In this document: one piece after another, positions 36,191 through 43,571 of the stretch
Layout: the number at the start of each line of letters is the position of its first letter
Position numbering within the stretch: the stretch's first letter is position 1
NCBI GenBank assembly: GCA_035653115.1
Contig: DASRCL010000005.1
Span: forward strand, 32,376-96,375
From: Gaiellaceae bacterium
GTDB lineage: Bacteria; Actinomycetota; Thermoleophilia; Gaiellales; Gaiellaceae
DNA length: 64,000 bases
Direction of reading: 5' to 3'
Translations under genes and position numbers: made by a program
Notes under the pieces: generated by a model
The model's database searches: none
Told to the model about the DNA's origin: nothing
What the model saw: only the letters and a program-made list of their open reading frames with translations

Positions 36191-37240
36191 GTGAAGCCGA
36201 TCACGGTGCTGGTGAGCGCGGCGGGCGCGCCCGGAACCGCGGCGCTACTGCGCGCGCTGCGCTCGAACGGCGAGCGCGACGTGCGGCTCGTCGGCACCGA
36301 CATGAGCGACCGCTCGGTCGGCCGGCATCTCTGCGACGCGTTCCACCGCGTCCCGGCCGGGTCGGATCCCGCGTTTCCGGACGCGATGCTCGACGTCGCG
36401 ACACGAGAGCGGGTCGACGCGATCCTGCCCCAGTCGTCCTTCGACCTCGCCGGCCTCGCCGAGCACGTCAACCGGTTCCCGATGCCGGTGCTCGTCTCGA
36501 GCCCCGACACGATCCGGCGCTCAAACGACAAGGCGGAGACGTACGAGCTACTGCACCGGCTCGGCGTCCCGGCGCCGCGGTTCAGGCGCGTGAACGGCGG
36601 ACACGCAGTCGCGGCCGCAGCGGAGGAGCTCGGCTACCCGGAGCGGCCGGTGTGCTTCAAGCCGGTCTTCTCGTCGGGCTCGCGCGGCTTTCGGATCCTC
36701 GACGCGTCCGTCGACCGCGCGCACCAGCTGTTGCACGAGCGGCCGGGATCGGTGGCGATGCGGCTCGACGAGGCGGTCGAGCTGCTGCCGCCGGAGGGCG
36801 GCCCGGACCTGCTCGTGATGGAGCTCGCGACCGGCGGCGAGCGCACGGTCGACGGCATCGCCGACCGGCGCTCCGTCGTGCTCGGGCATCCGAAGACGCG
36901 CGAGGCGATGCGCGCGGGGCTCGCGATGTACTTCGTCACGCTCGAGGACGCCGAGCTGATGCGGCTCGCGGACGTGATCGTCTGCGAGCTCGGCATCGAG
37001 CACTTCTTCAACATCCAGCTCGTCGGCGAGCACGTGATCGAGATCAATCCGCGCATCTCGACGATCGTCTACCAGGAAGACCTCAACCTGCCGTACCTCG
37101 GCGTCAAGCGCGCGCTGGGCGAGATCTCCGACGACGAGCTGCGCGCGTACGCGACTCGCGTCCGCCCGGGCCGAACCGCGCTGCGCTACTTCGACCAGCT
37201 CGAGTTCGACACGTCCCCGCGGGCCATGGACGTGCTCTGA
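36191..37240 (+). CDS. ATP-grasp domain ligase (paralogue 4, CPSase-large-subunit-like / PylC-like subtype)
   Basis: Contains MKPITVLVSAAGAPGTAALLRAL, NDKAETYELLHRLGVPAP, PVCFKPVFSSGSRGFRIL and IEINPRIS. Confidence 0.85.
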   Translation: MKPITVLVSAAGAPGTAALLRALRSNGERDVRLVGTDMSDRSVGRHLCDAFHRVPAGSDPAFPDAMLDVATRERVDAILPQSSFDLAGLAEHVNRFPMPVLVSSPDTIRRSNDKAETYELLHRLGVPAPRFRRVNGGHAVAAAAEELGYPERPVCFKPVFSSGSRGFRILDASVDRAHQLLHERPGSVAMRLDEAVELLPPEGGPDLLVMELATGGERTVDGIADRRSVVLGHPKTREAMRAGLAMYFVTLEDAELMRLADVIVCELGIEHFFNIQLVGEHVIEINPRISTIVYQEDLNLPYLGVKRALGEISDDELRAYATRVRPGRTALRYFDQLEFDTSPRAMDVL

Positions 37241-37369
37241 GCCAGGACATGGCTCGTTTGGACATGGAGCCCGATCCTGCCGTGGCGGCCGTTGCGTCCC
37301 GGCGGCGGCCTGCATCACACGCCCAATTGCCGCTTTCGGCCCTGGCCGGGCTCTGAGCCAGGACATGGC
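37234..37369. repeat. palindrome-flanked repeat element, copy 2 (intergenic; duplicates the stop/start junction)
   Basis: GCTCTGAGCCAGGACATGGC occurs exactly at 37234..37253 and at 37350..37369, a 116-nt offset. The first copy contains the TGA stop of the ATP-grasp gene. The second contains the ATG of the next gene. The interior shares sequence blocks with 25354..25563. Confidence 0.75.
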
Positions 37370-38297
37370 GCTTCGGGTCACGCACTGCCCCGTCAACATC
37401 GCCGGCATCCCGTGGGAGAACGTGCAGGCGCTGCGGCGGAAGGGCGTCGACGCGCGGCTCGTCGTCTTCAACCGCGGCCGCCTGCATCCCGAGGCCGACT
37501 GGAGCCTCGACCGCCACGGCCCGCTGCCGCAGCGGCTCGCGCAGCAGGCCGCGGCGTTCGCGCGGCTGGCGCCGCGCACCGACGTCTTCCACTTCTACTT
37601 CGGCCTGACGCTGCTGCCGAAGTCCGTCCAGTTCCCGCTCCTCCGCGCGCTGCGCAAGAAGAGCGTCTTCCACTACCTCGGCTCCGACATCCGCGGCAAG
37701 CCGCGTGCCGAGCTCGCCTACGGCGAGCGAGCGGACGCGGAGATCGTCGGCTCCTACGACGCGCAGCGCTGGGTGCCGCACGCGCACGTCGTCCCGCCTG
37801 GCCTCGACCTGCGGCCGTTCGCGCCGGTGCCGCCGTCCGACAGCCCGCGTCCGCTCGTCGTGCACGCGCCGTCGAACCGCGAGAAGAAGGGGACGGAGCA
37901 CGTCATCGACGCGTGCGCCCGGCTGTCGGTCGAGCTCGACGTCGTCGAGGGCGTGCCGCACGACGAGGCGCGCGCGCGTTACGCCCGCGCGGACATCGTC
38001 GTCGACCAGCTCTACGCGGGCTGGCACGGTGTGTTCGCGCTCGAGTGCATGGCGCTCGGCAAGCCGGTCGTGACCTACCTGAAGCCGGACGTCGTGGAGC
38101 GAAGCGCGGAGGGCTACGGCATGCGGATTCCGATCGTGCCGGCGACGAAGGAGACGCTCGTCGACGCGCTCCGCCCGCTCGTCGAACGGCCGGCGCTGCG
38201 CCGGGAGCTCGGCGCGGCCGGGCGTGCATACGTCGAGCAGGTGCACGACATCGACCGGATCGCCGACCGCCTGCTGGACGTCTACCGTTCGCTGTAG
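37365..38297 (+). CDS. GT-B-like glycosyltransferase (paralogue of 5403..6485)
   Basis: Contains MALRVTHCPVNIAGIPWENV, TDVFHFYFG, LVVHAPSNREKKGTEHV and DQLYAGWHGVFALECMALGKPVV. Confidence 0.8.
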   Translation: MALRVTHCPVNIAGIPWENVQALRRKGVDARLVVFNRGRLHPEADWSLDRHGPLPQRLAQQAAAFARLAPRTDVFHFYFGLTLLPKSVQFPLLRALRKKSVFHYLGSDIRGKPRAELAYGERADAEIVGSYDAQRWVPHAHVVPPGLDLRPFAPVPPSDSPRPLVVHAPSNREKKGTEHVIDACARLSVELDVVEGVPHDEARARYARADIVVDQLYAGWHGVFALECMALGKPVVTYLKPDVVERSAEGYGMRIPIVPATKETLVDALRPLVERPALRRELGAAGRAYVEQVHDIDRIADRLLDVYRSL

Positions 38298-39731
38298 ATG
38301 CGGCTCGGCCACGAGCTGAAGCGCCTGGGGCGCCACTCCGCGATCTACGGGTTGGGCGGGCTCGTCTCGCGGATCCTCGCGACGATCCTGCTGCCCCTGT
38401 ACACGCACTACCTGCCGCCGGGGGCATACGGCCGCGTCGAGATCGTCACCGCCGCGACGGCCGTGCTCGCGATCGTGCTGCAGCTCGGGATCTCGAGTGC
38501 ATTCTTCCGCTTCTACTTCGACACGAACGAGCCGGTCGAGCGGTTGACCGTCGTGCGCACCTCGTTCTGGTTCACGATGGCGAGCGCGACGATCGGCCTC
38601 GCCGCCGGCCTGGTGTTCGCGGCGCCGCTCGGCCACTGGCTCGGCCTCGGGCACGACCCGACGCTCGTCCGCGCCGGCGCAGTCGGTCTCTGGGCGCAGA
38701 CGAACTACCAGCAGCTGACGAACCTCTTCCGCGCGGAGGAGCGCTCGACGTCGTACGCGCTGGCGAGCCTCGCGAACGTGCTGATCACCGTCGCGGCGAT
38801 GGTCGTGTTCGTCGCCGTATTCCACTGGGGCGCCGTCGGTCTCGTCGCCGGCAACTTCACCGGCACGCTGGTCGTCTACGTCGTCCTGCTCGCGTACCGG
38901 AACGAGCAGCTCGGCCTCGAGTTCGACCGGCGGCTGTTCCGGCGCATGCAGCACTTCGGGATGCCGCTCGTCCCGTCGGCGCTCGCGCTGTGGGTGATCA
39001 ACTTCGTCGACCGCGAGTTCGTCGTGTGGTACTGGGGCAAGAAAGAGGTCGGCGTCTACTCCGCGGCGGTGAAGATCGCCGGCGTCATCACGTTCGTGAT
39101 GATCGCGTTCCGGACCGCGTGGCCCGCCTTCGCGTACTCGATCGAAGACGACCGCGAGGCCCGGCGGACGTATGCGTTCGTGCTGACGTACCTGCTCGTG
39201 TTCGCGTCGTGGGTCGCGCTCGCGCTCGGCGCGCTCGCGCCGTGGTGGACGGCGCTGCTGACCGCGCCGGACTACCAGCGCGCGGCGAAGGGGATCGCGC
39301 TACTCGCGTTCGCGGGCGCGGTCTACGCGGGCTACACCGTGCTCGCGATCGGCAGCGGCCGCGCGCGCAAGACGCAGCTGAACTGGGTCGTCACGGGCGT
39401 CGGCGCGGCGGCGAACGTCGGACTCAACTTCTGGCTCATCCCGCGCTGGGGGATGGTCGGCGCGGCGATCTCGACGCTGGCGTCGTACGTCGTGCTGTTC
39501 GTCGGCATGACGCTGTACGCGCAGCACGTCTACCCGGTGCCGTACCAGTGGCGCCGCGTCGTGACCGCGGTCGGCGCTGCGGTCGGGCTCGACGTCGCGG
39601 CGCGCGCGGCGAGCCTTCCGTTCGCGCCCTCGCTGCTTCTCGTCGCCGCGTACCCGCTCGCGCTGGCCCTGCTCGGCTTCTACCTACCGGCAGAGCGGCA
39701 GCGGCTGCGGCGACTCGTTCCCAGTCTCTAG
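38298..39731 (+). CDS. wzx: polysaccharide biosynthesis protein, Wzx-type (MOP superfamily) flippase
   Basis: The ATG directly abuts the preceding TAG. 477 aa with about 12-14 TM segments. The N-terminus SAIYGLGGLVSRILATILLPLYTHYL..YG is typical of Wzx / polysaccharide-synthesis flippases. Confidence 0.82.
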   Translation: MRLGHELKRLGRHSAIYGLGGLVSRILATILLPLYTHYLPPGAYGRVEIVTAATAVLAIVLQLGISSAFFRFYFDTNEPVERLTVVRTSFWFTMASATIGLAAGLVFAAPLGHWLGLGHDPTLVRAGAVGLWAQTNYQQLTNLFRAEERSTSYALASLANVLITVAAMVVFVAVFHWGAVGLVAGNFTGTLVVYVVLLAYRNEQLGLEFDRRLFRRMQHFGMPLVPSALALWVINFVDREFVVWYWGKKEVGVYSAAVKIAGVITFVMIAFRTAWPAFAYSIEDDREARRTYAFVLTYLLVFASWVALALGALAPWWTALLTAPDYQRAAKGIALLAFAGAVYAGYTVLAIGSGRARKTQLNWVVTGVGAAANVGLNFWLIPRWGMVGAAISTLASYVVLFVGMTLYAQHVYPVPYQWRRVVTAVGAAVGLDVAARAASLPFAPSLLLVAAYPLALALLGFYLPAERQRLRRLVPSL

Positions 39732-40273
39732 GCGGGCCGGCCGGGGCCGCCGCGGCGGCGCTTCACGATCAGCCCGGCAGCACCGGCCGCCGCGAGCAGC
39801 AGCGCCAGGCCGCCGAGCACGAGCAGCGGCACGGGCAGGCCGGGACCACCGCCGCCGGTGGCGCTCGTTCCGGTTGCGAGCGGGCCCGTCGACGTCGGGG
39901 TGGCCGTCGTCACGACCCCGACGCCCGGCTTCTTCGCCCGCCGGCGCGTCGCGAGCCGCTGGTTCGACCGCGTCGGGAAGTTCTTCGAGACGACGACCGC
40001 AGCGGCCTTCTTTCCGTGCCGGCGGGCGAGCGCATCCGCCATCGCGGCGCGGATGTCGGTCGGAAGCGACGAGTAGACCTCGAGATCGGGGATGTGCTTC
40101 GCGTACGCGAGCGCCTGGCGGTAGCACGCGATCGGATACGTCGTCGAGATCTTGCCGGTCGCCTCCCACTGGTTGAGGATCCGGTTGCGGCAGACGGCCG
40201 AGGCGGAGGCGGGAGTCGAGCCGGCCGCGAGGACGGCGCCGGCGAGCAGCTCTACGGCGAGCAGGCGCTTCAT
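39728..40273 (-). CDS. secreted hypothetical protein with C-terminal membrane anchor
   Basis: ATG 40273 gives MKRLLAVELLAGAVLAAGS (signal peptide). A small 2-Cys domain follows, then a Thr/Gly-rich linker, a hydrophobic helix (LLVLGGLALLLAAAGAAGLIV) and a KRRR tail. Confidence 0.65.
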   Translation of the reverse strand: MKRLLAVELLAGAVLAAGSTPASASAVCRNRILNQWEATGKISTTYPIACYRQALAYAKHIPDLEVYSSLPTDIRAAMADALARRHGKKAAAVVVSKNFPTRSNQRLATRRRAKKPGVGVVTTATPTSTGPLATGTSATGGGGPGLPVPLLVLGGLALLLAAAGAAGLIVKRRRGGPGRPA

Positions 40274-40339
40274 CCGCGCCCATCTTCCCTGTCGGTCCTC
40301 AACATCCACCCTGCGGGGCGTAAGGCTTCCGTAAAGGTG

Positions 40340-41260
40340 TTAGGCCGGCAGCAGGCATGCGTCGTGGCACGACGACGCGACCTGGACCTGCGCGAGCAGC
40401 GACCCGCGCGCGTCGAGCACGGTGAGCGTACCGCGTAGGAGTGACGGAGTGACCACCCGGCCGAATCCGTACTGGACGTTGTACGACTCCGTCGGAATCG
40501 GCGTCGTGCGCACGATGCGGCCGTCGAGCGTCTGCATGTGCAGCGTGCCGGAGTCGCCGCTCGTGACGAAGGCGCGGTCGGGCGCGAACGTCACGTGCTG
40601 CGGCGCAAGGTCGGCCGGATGCGTCGCATGTCCCACGGCGAGCTCCCGCGACGCGCCCGACGTGATCCACAGGCGCCCGTCCGGCGCGTGGCCGACGTCG
40701 TGGGCGAGGAAGCCCGGCGTCAGCAGCGCGGTGCGGCGAAGCCGGCTCGTCTCGACGACCGCGACGTGCTCCGACGCGTTGCCGAGGCTGACCCAGACGA
40801 TGCGGCCGGTGCGGTCGATCGTGATGTGGCGCGCCCACCCCGGCAGCGACGCGCGGGCGACGACGCGTCCACGGAGCGTGTCGACGGCGGAGACGCTGCT
40901 CCGGCCGGAGTCGCTGACGAACGCATGCACGCCGTCCGGGTGCGCGGCGACGTAGCGGGGCTCGACGAAGTCGCGCAGGACGTGCCTGACGCCGTGCGCG
41001 TCGACGATCGAGACGGCGCCGGCTGCCGTGTGGCACACGACGGCGCGGTCGCCGACGAGCTCGACCGCGCGCGGGTCGTCGACGGTGCGGATCGAACGCA
41101 CCACGCGGAACGCGCCGAGGTCGACGACGGCGAGGCGCGCCTCCGTGTCGCAGGTCACGAGCGCGACCGGTGCGGCTGCCGCGGCCGCCGCGGCGGCGAC
41201 CACCGTCCTCACGGCGAACGGGGCCACGGCCGCGGCGGCCAGGAACTCGCGCCGGTTCAC
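40340..41260 (-). CDS. TAT-secreted beta-propeller repeat protein (YncE/YVTN-like)
   Basis: GTG 41260 gives VNRREFLAAAAVAPFA (twin-arginine signal). Repeated strand motifs follow (V..D....RVV..I, AAHPDG...FVSD, ITSG). Upstream codons of the track ORF were rejected. Confidence 0.72.
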   Translation of the reverse strand: MNRREFLAAAAVAPFAVRTVVAAAAAAAAAPVALVTCDTEARLAVVDLGAFRVVRSIRTVDDPRAVELVGDRAVVCHTAAGAVSIVDAHGVRHVLRDFVEPRYVAAHPDGVHAFVSDSGRSSVSAVDTLRGRVVARASLPGWARHITIDRTGRIVWVSLGNASEHVAVVETSRLRRTALLTPGFLAHDVGHAPDGRLWITSGASRELAVGHATHPADLAPQHVTFAPDRAFVTSGDSGTLHMQTLDGRIVRTTPIPTESYNVQYGFGRVVTPSLLRGTLTVLDARGSLLAQVQVASSCHDACLLPA

Positions 41261-41296
41261 GTGACGAGATACGCGCGAAAGCGGGTCGCAGGTCCG

Positions 41297-41323
41297 CGCG
41301 GGGTCTGACCCGGGTCTGACCCC
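41297..41323. repeat. 27-nt direct repeat A (tandem GGGTCTGACCC units)
   Basis: CGCGGGGTCTGACCCGGGTCTGACCCC is identical to 41389..41415. Each GGGTC-T-GACCC unit is a 5+5 inverted repeat. Confidence 0.85.
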
Positions 41324-41388
41324 ACCCTGGGGCGCGCGGACGGCCCCCGCGGCCGTGCGACGGCGCATGGCTCCTCGGTTCGCGGCGT

Positions 41389-41415
41389 CGCGGGGTCTGA
41401 CCCGGGTCTGACCCC
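41389..41415. repeat. 27-nt direct repeat B (tandem GGGTCTGACCC units)
   Basis: An exact copy of 41297..41323, 92 nt downstream. It lies in the 360-nt gap between the beta-propeller gene and helD. Confidence 0.85.
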
Positions 41416-41424
41416 GGGTGTCCC

Positions 41425-41586
41425 CTAGTACGGGTCGTCGGCGGGCCGCGGGTCGACCGTCCAGGCCTCGAGCTCGCGCTCCGTGCCGTCGGCGCCGACC
41501 TCGACGACGGCGCCGCGGACGGCGCGGGTCTCGTCGTCCGTCTCGTTCCCGTCCGCGTCGTAGAGGATCGAGCGCGTCTCCGCCAC
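41425..41586 (-). CDS. candidate small acidic protein (53 aa), hypothetical
   Basis: Not in the ORF track (<60 aa). The reverse-strand frame from GTG 41586 reads VAETRSILYDADGNETDDETRAVRGAVVEVGADGTERELEAWTVDPRPADDPY and ends at TAG. Essentially every third codon position is G/C. The opposite-strand frame is Arg-rich junk. Confidence 0.4.
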   Translation of the reverse strand: MAETRSILYDADGNETDDETRAVRGAVVEVGADGTERELEAWTVDPRPADDPY

Positions 41587-41621
41587 GGGCGGGTCGTCAC
41601 CGCCGCGGTAGGTTGGGAAAC

Positions 41622-43571
41622 GTGAGCCACCCGGAGCTGGCGGCGGAGCAGGCGTACGTCGACTCGGCGTACGCGCACCTCGAGCGGATGCGCGTCGCGG
41701 TCGCGGGCGCGGGCGACCGCGTGGACGGCGAGGTGGCGCAGGCGGGGATGGACGCCTGGGCCGCGAAGCGGCTGCGCACCTTCGAGGATGCCGACCGCGG
41801 CCTGTGCTTCGGGCGCCTCGACGTCGAGCTCGCGGACCGGCCGCTGTACGTCGGCCGCCGCTGGGTGCACGACGAGGAGCGCCGGCAGGTCGTCGTCAAC
41901 TGGCAGGCGCCGGCGGCGCGGCCGTTCTACACGGCGACGCCGCAGGATCCGCATGGGGTCACGCTGCGGCGTCGCTTCCGCACCAGCGGCCGCACGCTGC
42001 TCGACATCGCAGACGAGACGCTCGACGGCTCGATGGTCGACGGCGCGGGAGTGGAGGACTTCCTGCTCGAGGAGCTGGAGCGCAGCCGCGAGCAGCACAT
42101 GCGCGACATCGTCGCGACGATCCAGGCCGATCAGTACCGCCTGATCACCGCGGACGGCGACACGCCGCTCGTGATCCAGGGCGGTCCGGGCACCGGGAAG
42201 ACGGCGGTGGGCCTGCATCGCGCGAGCTGGCTGCTCTACACGCACCGCGAGCGGTTCGCGCGCCGCGGCGTGCTCGTCGTCGGGCCCAACCGGACGTTCA
42301 TGGAGTACGTCTCGCACGTGCTGCCCGCGCTCGGCGAGGACGCCGTCGAGCAGCGCGCCGTGTCGGAGCTCGTCGACGGCGTGGCGCCGACGCGTGTCGA
42401 CGCGCCGGACGTCGCGGCGCTCAAGGCCGACCCCCGCATGGTCGCCGTGATCCGCAACGCCGCCGAGCGCGCGCTGCGCAGCGACCCGCAGGAGCTCGTG
42501 CTCCGGCTCGAGGGGTCGTTCGTGTGCGTCCGCGAGCGCGAGGTGCGCGCGCTGCTCGAGGCGACGCAGGTGCGGGGGCTCGCGCGCGCCGACCGCGAGC
42601 GGTTCCGCATGGCTCTGCTCCGTCGCTTCTACGAGGACTACGGCCGCGTCCTGGGCGGCGCAGCGGTCCGCAGCTTCGACGACGTCGAGCGCGCCCTCCG
42701 CGCGCAGGGCTATCTCGACCGCGTGCTGAAGGCCGCTTGGCCGGTCGTCGATCCCGACCGCCTGGTGCGGCGGCTGTTGACGTCGCGGCGCGCGCTCGCG
42801 GAAGCCGCGCACGGCGTCCTCGCCGCGGACGAGCAGCGGCTCCTGGTCGCGCGCGCGGACGGCTGGTCGGAGGCGGACGTCCCGCTCGTCGACGAGGCGC
42901 GTGCGCTGCTCGGCGAGCCGCCGCCGTCGTACGGACACGTGATCGTGGACGAGGCGCAGGACCTGACGCCGATGCAGCTCCGCGCGGTGGGCCGCCGCTC
43001 GCGCACCGGCGCGCTGACGATTCTCGGCGACGTCGCCCAGGCAACCGGCGCCGTGCTGTACCGCGACTGGAACGAGGTGCTCCCGCACCTTCCGCGCGGC
43101 GACGAGGCAGCGGTCGAGGAGCTCCGGCACGCCTACCGCGTGCCGCGCGAGATCATGGAGCTGGCGCTGCCGCTGCTCGAGACGATTGCGCCCGCGGTCG
43201 CGCCGCCGATCTCGTACCGGACAGGCGCAGCCGCGCCCACCATCCGCCGCGTCGAGCGCCAGCACCTGCTCGCGGAGGCCTGTCGAGAGGCGGCGCGCCT
43301 CGCACGCGAGGACGGGCTGCTGGCGGTGATCGTCCCCGACGAGCTCGTCGGCGCCCTTCCCGCCGGCGACCTCTGGGACGGCGTGCCGGTGCTCACGCCG
43401 CGCGGCGCGAAAGGGCTCGAGTTCGACCACGTCGTCGTGGTCGAGCCGGCGCTGATCGCGGGGCACGCGCAGGGGCTGCGCGAGCTCTACGTCGCGCTGA
43501 CGCGGCCGACGAAGACGCTCGTCGTGCTGCACGCGCACCCGCTGCCCGAGCAGCTCACCCGCAGGGCGTGA
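41622..43571 (+). CDS. helD: HelD-like UvrD/Rep superfamily-1 helicase (RNA-polymerase-associated ATPase)
   Basis: GTG 41622. The N-terminal AEQAYVDSAYAHLERMR coiled region and LYVGRRWV..VVNWQAPAARPFY are typical of HelD / helicase IV. Walker A is IQGGPGTGKT, followed by IVDEAQDL and a C-terminal KGLEFDHVVVVEP. Confidence 0.82.
   Translation: MSHPELAAEQAYVDSAYAHLERMRVAVAGAGDRVDGEVAQAGMDAWAAKRLRTFEDADRGLCFGRLDVELADRPLYVGRRWVHDEERRQVVVNWQAPAARPFYTATPQDPHGVTLRRRFRTSGRTLLDIADETLDGSMVDGAGVEDFLLEELERSREQHMRDIVATIQADQYRLITADGDTPLVIQGGPGTGKTAVGLHRASWLLYTHRERFARRGVLVVGPNRTFMEYVSHVLPALGEDAVEQRAVSELVDGVAPTRVDAPDVAALKADPRMVAVIRNAAERALRSDPQELVLRLEGSFVCVREREVRALLEATQVRGLARADRERFRMALLRRFYEDYGRVLGGAAVRSFDDVERALRAQGYLDRVLKAAWPVVDPDRLVRRLLTSRRALAEAAHGVLAADEQRLLVARADGWSEADVPLVDEARALLGEPPPSYGHVIVDEAQDLTPMQLRAVGRRSRTGALTILGDVAQATGAVLYRDWNEVLPHLPRGDEAAVEELRHAYRVPREIMELALPLLETIAPAVAPPISYRTGAAAPTIRRVERQHLLAEACREAARLAREDGLLAVIVPDELVGALPAGDLWDGVPVLTPRGAKGLEFDHVVVVEPALIAGHAQGLRELYVALTRPTKTLVVLHAHPLPEQLTRRA

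Noticed and set aside
37249-37356. 35-codon ORF (MARLDMEPDPAVAAVASRRRPASHAQLPLSALAGL) inside the intergenic repeat element.
   Set aside because: Its start and stop are simply the duplicated ATG and TGA of the flanking genes. The translation is low-complexity, so it is more likely a by-product of the duplication.
39728-40273. The C-terminus of the secreted protein as an LPXTG/LAXTG sortase signal.
   Set aside because: The sequence reads PLATGTSATGGGGPGLPVP before the helix. No LPXTG or LAXTG pentapeptide is present. It is annotated only as a hydrophobic anchor with a basic tail.
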